Assembly (NCBI GenBank): GCA_001655205.1 | Contig: LPNZ01005283.1 | Location: 1 to 45,092, forward strand | Length of the DNA: 45,092 nt | Source: Lenisia limosa | Taxonomy: Eukaryota; Protista; Breviatea | Reading direction: 5' to 3' | Part shown: in pieces, positions 34,001-45,092 of the stretch | Numbering within the stretch: position 1 is the first letter of the stretch | Layout of the letters: the number at the start of each line of letters is the position of its first letter | Notes under the pieces: generated by a model | Told to the model about the DNA's origin: nothing | The model's input: the letters and a program-made list of their open reading frames with translations, nothing else | Databases searched by the model: none | Made by a program: the position numbers and the translations under genes

Positions 34001-37000
34001 GGGCATTGATTTCAGTTTGATTCTGTCTGAATTGCGTGATTAAACCCAATAAAATAAAGAGAAAGCTGTCTGTGCGAGAACTTACTGGTGTCTCTCTTGC
34101 GAGTAGGCTCGTTGGCTGGGCGGAATCGCATCCAGGGCAATGAACAAATCACACAGCCACGCAAGGCATGTTTGGTTGATCAAAGGCTAAAAGATTAATT
34201 AATCATATTTCTTTAGTCCAAAAAGGATTGCGGAAATAGTGTTATATTGTATCGAGAAATTCATTTTCACCCTGGCTTACATGGGGGTACAACATCGCTT
34301 CAAGTGGCAAACACCATCCAACCCCAACCTAAAAAGTCAACAAGGTTCAAGTCTTTCTTACTTCATTTGCAGCAGAAGCCACCAAGAGCATATTTGCAAT
34401 TCGGCCTGACTGCGGTGGCGGTCCGTTAGGAATCGTATGAATACCTGGGGAGTAATAAATCACTGGAAATCGGGATACCTTCAAGGGGGATGATGGCTGG
34501 CAAGTAGAATGCCAAGGTGTAGGCCCAGGCCCTTCCGTCGTACGCCGATGCCAATATCTGCGGGTCAGTAATGCCAACTCTGAGGCTCACTTTTGAATAG
34601 GGTACGGTGTGGACGTTGGACGCAATGAGACAACTGCTGACCCAGATGCACATTGCTTCCTCGAGGTCAGAAACGGGGGAACAGTCTGTCACTATCAATG
34701 GTGTGGTTCTTAGGAGCATAAATATGAAATTGTGGCGTACACCCAAGGATTTCTTCACTGGCTAGAGTGAGTCTCATGGGGCTAACTGCTGACTCAGTGA
34801 ACTGATCGAGTAACACACTTAAAACGGCCCTGTGCGCTTCCTGTGTGGTTATACCCTTTGTAGCATCAACGCACCTCATGGAACGACCCCTGGAACGCAA
34901 GCATTCGTCCAGTCACTGACCCCTTTGGACCTATAATATGAACAGTACGCAACAAAATCAAATTACAAATTTCAAACAAATGCTCATCAGATGTTAGGTA
35001 TTCATTAATTCAACTATATCAACAAGTGAAAATACAGGCACTGCTCACTCTTTAGTTTGGGTGTTGTTGCCACTTCAGAGAGAATTTTGAGGAGGGTGGT
35101 TTGAGACTGTTCTCGAGAGCGACTAAAAAGCTGAAAAAGTTATTTTTGAAGGGCGATTTTCATTGGCATTTCAACATTAATTGCCATCTGACCTGGTCGT
35201 CGGATAGCCTTAGGCCAAATACCTCCCGGGCTGCAATGAGGTATACAGTCCCGGAACAGAGCAATTGTCGTGCAGTCGGTGGTAAGGTGTAGGACTGTAA
35301 TATCAGATTCAAAAGAGATACATTATATACATCATTTGATATCATATACATATACANNNNNNNNNNNNNNNNNNNNNNNNNNNNNNNNNNNNNNNNNNNN
35401 NNNNNNNNNNNNNNNNNNNNNNNNNNNNNNNNNNNNNATCGCTTCAATAACACCCTTTTTAGTGTAGAATTCGGCAATTTTGAGCACTAGACTATCAAAA
35501 CAGATGGTGAGACCTGCAACTCACTTTTGGAGCCTGTCATTCACTAAATTATGCCGGTACCCGGGTGAAGGTGTAAAGTCACTCATTTGGAATATAAACC
35601 ATTGAGTTTCACCAAATATCAGATTACAATATATACAAACATATGCAGATGTATATCTGAATAATATGACAGCATCAGCCAGATACAACCTTGCTTTTTA
35701 TTTCTCATTGCAATATACATGTACATACATATCATATGATAGTATATTAATACTAGTATATCATATTACGTTCCGATCTTCGACGAATAAAGCCAAAAGC
35801 CCTCTTACTGCATCTAGACCAGTGTCCATCCACACCGATACTTTTCGGATGTCTGTTCCAAGTTTCTTGTTTGATGCCCTAAATAGTCACAGGTCACATA
35901 CGTCCCTTCTCCGAGTAAAGCCGAGCATGAACAACACATATTACAAATAGAACAATGGCCTGACACACTTATTTATATTATAGTAGTATATATCATATGA
36001 TATAGTATTTGAAGAGAGCAGCATATAAGAGTGCACCACTATTTGCCATTATTATTCCATGTCAGCCCCCCCCCCCCNNNNNNNNNNNNNNNNNNNNNNN
36101 NNNNNNNNNNNNNNNNNNNNNNNNNNNNNNNNNNNNNNNNNNNNNNNNNNNNNNNNNNNNNNNNNNCGAACACCCAGCCTGCCATACTGACTAAGTGTGC
36201 CTTAGCTGGGTTGAACCTACGAGGTGACCAACAATTCGATGCAATCAATAGCATCAAACCCCACTTGTTTTTTGGTACGATGTACGCCGGGGCCGGCCGT
36301 GGTCTGAGCACCTTATTGGCTGAAAGTCATCAGAACCGTCAGGAAAACAAATATGCCCAATGAAATGGAGTGACCATCTCAGTCGCCCCTTTGGATGTAA
36401 TAAATCAGCGTCAGCTTACGGCTTAAAGATGGAGGAATGTTCTTAGTGGGTGCGGTACTAATAGACCTGGGGACAAGAAGCGAATCTTAAGAGATGGTAA
36501 GTATCTTGCTCACACTGTTAGCAGTCACGGAGAAGTGAAAGCGCTCACTTGGTGAAGTGGCAATTGGAGAAGCTAAGCTAACAGACGTTCTACTGGTTGA
36601 AGGGGCTGGCTGCTGAGGCTTTGGGGGTTAGTCATACTAAAGAAATGAGAAGCAAACCATTGAAGAGGCTTGAGACGCAAAGTCGTCACCAGCATTGGGA
36701 AACTTCTTATGAAACAAAGCTTGGATGCTCTGTGCGTTAAGTAGAATCCCATGTTCTGTGCAATATCCAAGGGCCTTTAATGTTTCTTGTGAAATTCACT
36801 ACATTTTTTCAATGACCATAACCCTCAAAACCCCATGGATGATATAACCTACTTGAAGAAGAAGGACAGAGTCTCGCATGTTACCATTCTTGACCCTTTC
36901 AAGGCTAGCAGACGACACTGGAAGGCCTGGAGGAAGGTGAGGAAGAGTCGTTAATTCCATTCATAGAGTTCGCTTAAATATGCCCTCCCTCACGAGCATG

Positions 37001-37534
37001 ACTAGATAAGAGGAAAAGCACGTCAAAGACCTTGGCTGAGCCGCCGGGACCCGAAAGAAACCCCCGCACGACGGTCATGTCCACTCGGCCTGGAAAACAT
37101 AGCGACAGAATCTGAGCAATGAAATCCGTTGTACTGATCGCCTCTATATCCACGTTCACAGTCCTAATTCAAGAAAATAACAGTTTTTATCAAGGGAATT
37201 GATGTCGCGTTCCTGATGCCTCCAACCTGGACGATGGGCAGGCCAGTTGCCACACTTGCCTTGGACACTGTGCGACCCAAGACTGATGACGCCCACTACA
37301 AAGGCCATAAGCAGTAGTCATGAACAATAAAAAAAATACGGTTTCTTTAAAGGTTATCAGAACAGCAGAGCTTCACTTATCAGTGTAAGAATTTTACTTC
37401 AAATTGAATAGTTGTTTCCGTTATAAAGAAAGCTCTGATGAAAACTTCGTCAAAATGACTATTTATTTCATTATTGGCCCCGAACTAACAGTTAGAAGGC
37501 TTGCGAGCTGGCTTGGGCAATGACTCTCAACCAT
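28084..37534 (-). CDS. CAMSAP: CAMSAP/Patronin-like protein: EB1-type CH + CAMSAP CH + Ser/Pro-rich region + coiled coils + CKK
   Basis: CKK: TNSAVIRRALTHVLLAGAVNQ...RFHSLYSF...LMGSGPQSFT...FYRYNTAATQFK...ISTLIDAVAL*. CAMSAP CH: FNPAKAHLVSMAGWVF, LLCSGTVY, DLEEAMCIWV, DGRAWAYTLAFYLP, CLPLEAMLY, LAWLCDLF. Large S/P-rich exon ~31580-32810; coiled-coil exons ~28900-31150. Confidence 0.85.
29440..29520. repeat. Intronic tandem repeat, about 3 copies
   Basis: GCGTTCTGAGAGTAATA...GATGAAAGA variants. Confidence 0.7.
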
Positions 37535-37779
37535 TCTGAAGCCAAATTAAAAGGATACCTCCCTCAATATATAATCCTATACATAATAAAAAACTGTCTT
37601 TGCACTGTCTCTGCCAATTACTCCTGATCACTCTCCAAAAATCCCAAAACCCAAATCTGCGCGATCCACGCGATCCCAAGCTGTTGTGTCAGACAAACCA
37701 ACCGCCAGCACCCAAACTCCTGTCAGACGTTCCAGACATTCTCAGACATCTCTAGCGATTTTTAAAAAACTAGTACAAA

Positions 37780-38905
37780 ATGGAATTTGCACTTAAAGGA
37801 GCTGGGATGGGGTAAGCGGTTTTGTTTGCTTTCTAGTTCACTTTCTTTGTTATCCTCTCGCATAATAATGTCTATTGGAGGATTTAATAATATGGATAAG
37901 AATTGACAATTTGCCTTGATCTAACATTTTTATTGACTCAATCTTCCTCATCATCATTTCAAGTTGAAACTCTCTAAATTTACATTCCAAAGTATTATAT
38001 AATCAGTATGAACTTTGCCAAGCAAGCCGGAAGCGTTGTCAAAGAAGTCGGGGGAGACGCAATGANNNNNNNNNNNNNNNNNNNNNNNNNNNNNNNNNNN
38101 NNNNNNNNNNNNNNNNNNNNNNNNNNNNNNNNNNNNNNNNNNNNNNNNNNNNNNNNNNNNNNNNNNNNNNNNNNNNNNNNNNNNNNNNNNNNNNNNNNNN
38201 NNNNNNNNNNNNNNNNNNNNNNNNNNNNNNNNNNNNNNNNNNNNNNNNNNNNNNNNNNNNNNNNNNNNNNNNNNNNNNNNNNNNNNNNNNNNNNNNNNNN
38301 NNNNNNNNNNNNNNNNNNNNGTGGGAATACTCAGAGCAAATACATTTTCTCTTAGTAAATTGTTTTATTGCATGTCAATTGACGTTTGGCTAGGTGAAGA
38401 AGACAGTTGACGTCACCAAAGGTGCCTTGACTGGTGCTGTTGCTGCTACTGTGGGTTGCGGATTTGTGTTGAAATGCTATCCAATGTGGTGGGCTAAGAA
38501 CCGGTATTGTGTGTGATCTTCGGCGTTATATCATAAAATGCCATTGACAGAGACTCAATTTCGCTCACTTGCTAAATCAGATAAATTAGGTATGAGTAAC
38601 CTTTTAGGCGGTGAACTCTGTTGCTTCTTCCCTCGGGCTTGGTGGTGGTGGAATTATGGTTGGGGCGGGGGGGGTGNNNNNNNNNNNNNNNNNNNNNNNN
38701 NNNNNNNNNNNNNNNNNNNNNNNNNNNNNNNNNNNNNNNNNNNNNNNNNNCCCCTTCCTTTGATAGCTTAGGGAACCGTAATGAGAGGAGCTGCAACCAC
38801 TGCTGTTGCCTCCGCTGCCACCGAGGCTATTCGTAGGTGTGGTGTTTCATCTATATTCCATAGAAGACTGCAATTTTTGATCCTGATAAATATAGAAAAA
38901 AAGTA
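37780..38905 (+). CDS. Small Gly/Ala-rich protein of unknown function
   Basis: Exons MEFALKGAGMG|MNFAKQAGSVVKEVGGDAM, VKKTVDVTKGALTGAVAAT, GTVMRGAATTAVASAATEAIRR with canonical splice sites; parts lie in gaps and the end is uncertain. Confidence 0.6.
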
Positions 38906-38999
38906 AAGCACAACCAGTGTCACTTCCAAGGTTCTTTTTTGTTTCTGTATTTTTATATGATGTCTAATATACGAGTATGTTCTTCCCAAATGAAAGAAT

Positions 39000-41900
39000 A
39001 TTTAAATAAGAAATGTCAAAAAAGAAACACACCAATAGCTCCAGACGCAAGAAATAACACAACATTGGATCATCATTCTTCCTTGCTAAGAGTAGTCAGA
39101 AATGAAAGCAGCATAATGGACTGCAGAAATAAAAGAAAGGAGACCCACGCAAGAAGGGTTTGGGCCTCGTAGTTCCGTTCCGGTCTTCTGCTTTCGCGCA
39201 TCCACTGAATAACACACAATATACAGACGACAATGATTCTAAGAAAGTTACTTACAAGAGTAGAAGAGCATTAACAGAGGTTTTGAACAGAGTACTACAA
39301 CCTCACATGAAGAATAAACACCAGAAGAAGACTGCCCCCCAATCGATCGTAAACTCATCGTCAGGGCCGACATAGCTGATGAGATCCTCCGATCCCTGAA
39401 ATATGAGCACATGGTTCGAAATTCACTTGAAAAAACAGGGTTAACACATATTGGCTTTCCATATCGATATAGTATATAATAATTATAGAGTGAATTAATA
39501 GTCAAGATGTGCTGTGGTCAACACTTTTACCGTGAGAGATATTACATTGCTCTCTCATATATATGTTGCAACCCACCACTTGGTCGACCATTTTATAGGG
39601 ATACTGCTCAACTGTTGAAGTGGTGACAGACATTACCGTTGTCTCTGAGGGGAGGGGGAGTAAAATTGGAAAATTTATGAAACAAAAAAAAAACCCCAAA
39701 TCAACGGGGAGGGAAAACGAAGGAAATTTCGATGAAGAATATTGGCGTAAAGGTACTAATCACGAACCGAATANNNNNNNNNNNNNNNNNNNNNNNNNNN
39801 NNNNNNNNNNNNNNNNNNNNNNNNNNNNNNNNNNNNNNNNNNNNNNNNNNAAACAAAAAACAAGCAACAACAAACATAAGCAACCAACGCTAAAACTTGA
39901 CCAAAGCCAGATGACAAAAACACAAAAACAAAAACAAGCCCGAACCAGCCTTTGAAGAGTCCCATCACCGCTCGATCACCCAAACGTACCTGTAAGGCGT
40001 TAAAAAGTAATGGAAATGTGAAAAAAATCCGACTTATTATCACAACCCAATCATAAGCCGTCCCAAGCATACGACCCCCGAGGGGATCAAAGCTGGATGG
40101 ACAGAGCGCGGACCAGACCAGACTGCAGAAAAGAATCTCTACAGGTACGAACAATATGGTGTCAAGCAAACTGTGACTATTCTAAACCATACTGATGCTG
40201 AGCAAAAAAGTAGGAATGGTATAAAAAGAGGATTGGCTGGGCAAACACAAGCACAAAACCAAACAAAACAAACACACATAGAGCAAATATTGAAATCGAA
40301 ACACAAAAAACAAAACAAAGGGGCACAAGTCAAAGGATACTTTTTGAAAAAAAATGAGCTGAGGGGGGAGGGGGGGGGGGGNNNNNNNNNNNNNNNNNNN
40401 NNNNNNNNNNNNNNNNNNNNNNNNNNNNNNNNNNNNNNNNNNNNNNNNNNNNNNNNNNNNNNNNNNNNNNNNNNNNNNNNNNNNNNACCAACGCATTTGT
40501 AACATCACGCGGCCAGCAGCCCAAAACTCATTCGGAATGTCGCGAACGGGAAACCGGGCTTCTGAGCGTTCACCGATGAGGTTATTCTCATGGAGATTCA
40601 TGTAATAGTTCTGGATTGTTAGCAATGAAATGTGAAGCTCTATGACATGTAGATTAGTGGAGATTCATGTAAAGTTCCAAGTTCCCTTCATACCATGCTA
40701 TAATCATGCGGGCTATTCGGATTGATAAACTGGAAGCGACTGTATACCAAAACAGGAAGGCTCAAGGAAAACTGAACTCGTCAGAATTCCCTCCAAAGCA
40801 AAGGTAGTAATACCAAGTAAAAGCACCACAAACATCAGGCCCGTTTGAAACGGTGTAATTGAAAGTGAAGTTGGACACCTGTGGAGTAAGTACATGTAAT
40901 AAATGTATTAAAGTAGCCGTTTCAAACCTCGGGAACTTCATCAAATGCGCAATTGATTTCCTGAACCAGGAAAACGTTATCATCATACTGGGTTGATAAG
41001 AAATAAGACTCTTGAAGGTATCATCAGCTAACTCTTGGAGATATGATATCAGCCAACTCTTGGAGATATGATATCGTCAGCCAACTCTTGGAGATATTAT
41101 ATCATAACCTTGATATTATGAGATGATATTACATCATATGATTTTGTTTATAGTAGATGATATAGAATAAAAATAAAAACGTTTCCCGACAAAGAAAAAC
41201 CTACGTTGACTTCGGTGCAAATGGGGTAGCCCGACAAAAGATGGGCCTGTGGGTCAGTTTGTAATGCTGGGAGCCGACACTGTTCTGCATTGGAAAACTC
41301 TTCTTCAGTGATATTGGAGTTTGAACTTCTGAAACCATCAACCTCATCTATCATCCAGTAAATTTAATGTAGACACAGTCAAGAACAACTCCCCACCAAC
41401 GCTACAGTCTTAAATTCAAAGGAGCAGGAAAAGGGTCTCACATCGGCACATCGGTCTCCCATAGTGTCATAGGGACACTCGCAATAGAGATACGTAATGG
41501 TTTCATTGTGGCACTCCGTAACAATTATCGTGGTGTTGGTCAGAACAGTTTCGTTGAGAGTCACGTTTCCTAAAACAAAATGAGCGAAACTACGTTTGCT
41601 ATCACAATGCAGTGATACATGAAGAAGCGAAGAAGCGAAGCAAAAGGGCATAAGTCTTTCTCAAATTCCATTACATTTCAATTTTTTTTCTCTACAGCAT
41701 CTCTTCATCCATTCTCACCCGCTACTGGGACGGTACCATTTACGAGGGATGTGCCGTTAATAGGCTGTGTGACATTGACCAGGACTGTTTGGTTCACTTC
41801 AATACAAACCTCCTTATACAGTGTCAGTTCTGCTTAAGCTTGGTAAAGTCCCACAAACCTCTATTTCAGAATACTCCTGTTGAACCCCCGAGTGTTGGCA

Positions 41901-42838
41901 CAACTCCCCTCCAGTATCTAAGACAGTAAATTGTCTATTTCGCGGTTGAAAGAAAAGAAAAGAAAAAACCACACATAAAAACAAAATCCCACTAACAATT
42001 CAAATATACTTCAACGTCTTGCTGGAGATAGCCTGTTTTATTATTTGGGAGAACAACGCCATTCTAAAGCGTAAATAAACAGGGAAAGCGGGCTCCTAAA
42101 TTATGTAAAACTTCTTTGCGGACAAACAGGTTTCTTACCAGTTCGGGTGCAGCGTCAGTGGTGTTATCGCGTCTTGAGTACATTTGTTGATTCTCCTGTG
42201 AAATGAAAAGAACTGTAAGGCATAACTGTCCATAATATTTCGAACCTTTAAAAAGGATATTTTCATCTCTCCCATCATGGCCTCATCATCAACTTCTTTT
42301 TTGAGTCTTTTCATCTTCATAGAATTCTGATCGAGGTTGAAGAAGTTTAAAACCTCTACATTTCGAGACAGATTTCGAGGACTGAGAGTTTAGTCATCAA
42401 ACCATGGTCACTCAAACCTTTCATGAAGGAAATTTAGTGCTTGTTGCTGCAAATCTTCAAACAAAGCGTCTTGTTTACCTTCCAGATTCCTGTTATAGAC
42501 CTGCCCCTGGAAGTCCACAATGGGCAAGTCGTCTTGGAATATGAATATGATAACTTGCAAAGACGAGGTTTTTCTGTTTCGATCCGTCCCTTACCTTCAT
42601 TTCGTTTCACTGTGTTCAAATGCTTCTTAGAAAAATACAACACGGCATCTTCATGAGACTCAGATAAGCTGTCATAAGTTTTGGAAAGAGGGAAAACTGG
42701 ATCTTTCAGGAATCCTTCAGAACCTTCAAGGACCTCCTGCATTTCATTATTTATAAAATCCAAGGCTGTTTTTGTGTGAGGAAGGGCCGAGAGGGTCGTT
42801 GAAATGACATAGAGTAACGCTAGAAGAACTAGTTTCAT
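39000..42838 (-). CDS. Type I membrane glycoprotein with signal peptide, EGF-like motif and C-terminal TM helix
   Basis: MKLVLLALLYVISTTLSA signal peptide; many NxT/S sites; YCECPYDTMGDRC EGF-like motif; hydrophobic WGAVFFWCLFF...VNALLLLIIVVCILCIIQW followed by a charged tail. 3' end approximate. Confidence 0.65.
39645..39963 (-). repeat. Intron-resident dispersed repeat, longest copy, ending at the 3' splice site of intron 39989-39645
   Basis: Contains all segments seen in the other copies and ends ...CATAAATTTTCCAATTTTACTCCCCCTCCCCTCAG at the acceptor. Confidence 0.9.
41025..41105. repeat. Intronic tandem repeat, 3 copies
   Basis: CAGC(T/C)AACTCTTGGAGATAT(G/T)ATAT three times. Confidence 0.85.
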
Positions 42839-42999
42839 AATCTATATCTCTGATTTAGATACATCTACCAAACATATATGATATCTACTTGAAGTGATCG
42901 TTTTTGAAAGGTTGCCACTCTGGACCCCCCAAAATCTCCCCTTGAGTGCTCCGCAAGCGTCGCTCGGAGCCCCTGGAGGGTACAGGGTGAAAGGTTGCA

Positions 43000-44900
43000 A
43001 AGATGATGGAAGAACTTTGGGAAAAGGGATATGAGTCTTGGGGGTCCCCCCACCCTCCACCCAATTGGCTTTTTGCCAACGAAAATTGCTGTAAGCAGCA
43101 CTGTTGCACTGTTTGAGTTATTTTTAATTGCAATAATGCAATAGTTGAGAAAAGAAGACAAGAACGTTCAAAACCCGCGCAATGATGATTCACTTTTATC
43201 TGGTTTTAGCACTCCTCTTGCATGTAGCTCTCTCACATGTTGTTACAGATGTCAACAAAGATTATATTGTTGTAGGTGGCGGATTTTTGAAACATGGGTT
43301 TCGTTCATTCAGCTTTCCAGATACTGCTCATAACTAAGATATTTCTGGCTATTTATGCTGTTACTTTAGTATATATACATGTATATATTCCTCCAAGCGA
43401 TGCTACATTGAGCACATCTTATCTTTGCTCATTTGGTCTCACTTTTTAGCAAGGGACGCTGGTTGCAGATGGCCTCCAGGCACCTATTTTAGACAAGGTA
43501 TGAGAATACTGTGCACTTCCATATCGTTGAAAATCCTCCACTATATTTGAAAGTCTCCCCAGACCCTGTTACATTCCAGATCAAGACATATGTGGCACCT
43601 GACGATGTCACTCCTGAAGATTGCAATTTAAGCACCGCTTTGAAAATGGGGTAGGTGTAAATGACATTGTTACTAGTATATTATATGATATGATATGATA
43701 TATACATACATATATGATATATTATATTTAATTTTGCTAAAATCCAAGAATTGAAAATATATCCTGTCTGTTGTTATTCATATATGGAAGCCAGGAACTA
43801 GTGTTATTACTGTCTTGCATTTTCATTGGAAATCCAAGACAATTTTAACAACAAACATATTTAATAATAATATATGATATATATATCGATATAATAGTAT
43901 TTGAAGTTAGTATATAACTCTATGTAATAGAGGTTATGCAAAAAACATATTTGAATCGTAAACTTTGACTATATGATACAATAGTACATAACATTTTCAC
44001 ATGACGGATAAATGGGATATGGGATCATCGCCCAGAGCTTACTTTTTTATTTGATTTGATGAACTGAATATGAGAGATATATTATATATCGATATGCTGA
44101 CCATGGTAAATCTTTACCCATTTTGCTGAAGTTAAATCTGATTTTGTCAAGAGGCCACGCTCAGTATTGATATTGTATATCACACCGTCCATATATCTGT
44201 GAATTTTCCTCTATCTGTGATTGACGGAAAATTTTGCTAAAAATATGGCATACAAGAGAATTGTCATAACACTCTTGTTGCTAACAAAAATGACAATAAC
44301 TTTTATTTGTTGANNNNNNNNNNNNNNNNNNNNNNNNNNNNNNNNNNNNNNNNNNNNNNNNNNNNNNNNNNNNNNNNNNNNNNNNNNNNNNNNNNNNNNN
44401 NNNNNNNNNNNNNNNNNNNNNNNNNNNNNNNNNNNNNNNNNNNNNNNNNNNNNNNNNNNNNNATTAGTATGTAATATCATGCATAATACATACTATACAA
44501 TGATACACATGATTCTTAGAATCACATTTCGTTTCTTTTCACATTTTAGACGTTTTGGAGGAAAACCAGTTACCTGTCGTCCTGATGGACACTGGAAGTT
44601 CAGCAACTGGGTTGACCAAATGAGCAGTGAGATGGGAGTACTGAATTTTTACTGCCGTTTTGTTACAATTTATTGTCTTTTTGGAGTGGTTTTATCTCGT
44701 TTAGCTGGAGCCCTGTTTTATCTCGTTTAGCTGGAGCCCGTGCTATCTCCACATCAACCACACAATTTGTGGTGTCGGGTATTACTGGATATCAGAGAGC
44801 AGCCTTATTCGATGATGTAACTCTTGGAAGTGGGGTCATGGGGGGGTATCATTTGATAACCTTTTTGTCGCCTAAAACAACAGGTCCTTTTTCTAGATTG
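43000..44900 (+). CDS. Probable multi-exon gene of unknown function (partial model)
   Basis: Splice-bounded open segments DVNKDYIVVGGGFLKHG, QGTLVADGLQAPILDK, DPVTFQIKTYVAPDDVTPEDCNLSTALKMG, RFGGKPVTCRPDGHWKFSNW; phases could not be fully reconciled. Confidence 0.35.
44689..44739 (+). repeat. Tandem duplication of a probable 3' splice site (26 nt unit)
   Basis: GTTTTATCTCGTTTAGCTGGAGCCC occurs twice. Confidence 0.85.
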
Positions 44901-45092
44901 AAGTGATGAGAGTATTAGAGGTTCCTCAGACTTTTTCTTCAAATGTTCGTTTTAACCTATCATTCAATTAAAGCTGATATCTTTGGATATTAAGCAAGTG
45001 ACCAGTGTTTCTTTTTTTCTTTTTTGTTGTTTTTCAAAATGTTTGGCTCTCTGAGTTGATTTTTGGTTATATTTTGTTATAAATTTTACATT

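Overview
Intron-rich, gapped eukaryotic (protist-like) genomic scaffold using the standard code, with GT-AG introns and frequent CTAAC-like branch points; the lineage cannot be fixed from sequence alone. Hand-splicing gives eight genes in strictly alternating orientation: SEC23 (-), V-ATPase subunit A (+), a tandem GT31 glycosyltransferase (-), an ADP-ribosylglycohydrolase (+), a CAMSAP/Patronin-like gene with an extra N-terminal EB1-type CH domain (-), a tiny Gly/Ala-rich protein (+), an EGF-like type I membrane protein (-) and an unresolved gene (+). One V-ATPase intron is 13.4 kb and is almost wholly a TIR-bounded block. That block holds a Tc1/pogo-like DNA transposon plus an ordinary-looking divergent gene pair: a surface-protein fragment and a LOTUS/OB-like, Trp-motif-rich putative RNA-granule protein. 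It may be real cargo or mis-scaffolding. The most novel-looking signal is a dispersed repeat family found only inside introns (or a presumed intron) of four unrelated genes, always in sense orientation, and supplying the 3' splice site in at least two copies (introner-like). Exon boundaries are manual estimates and no database searches were run.
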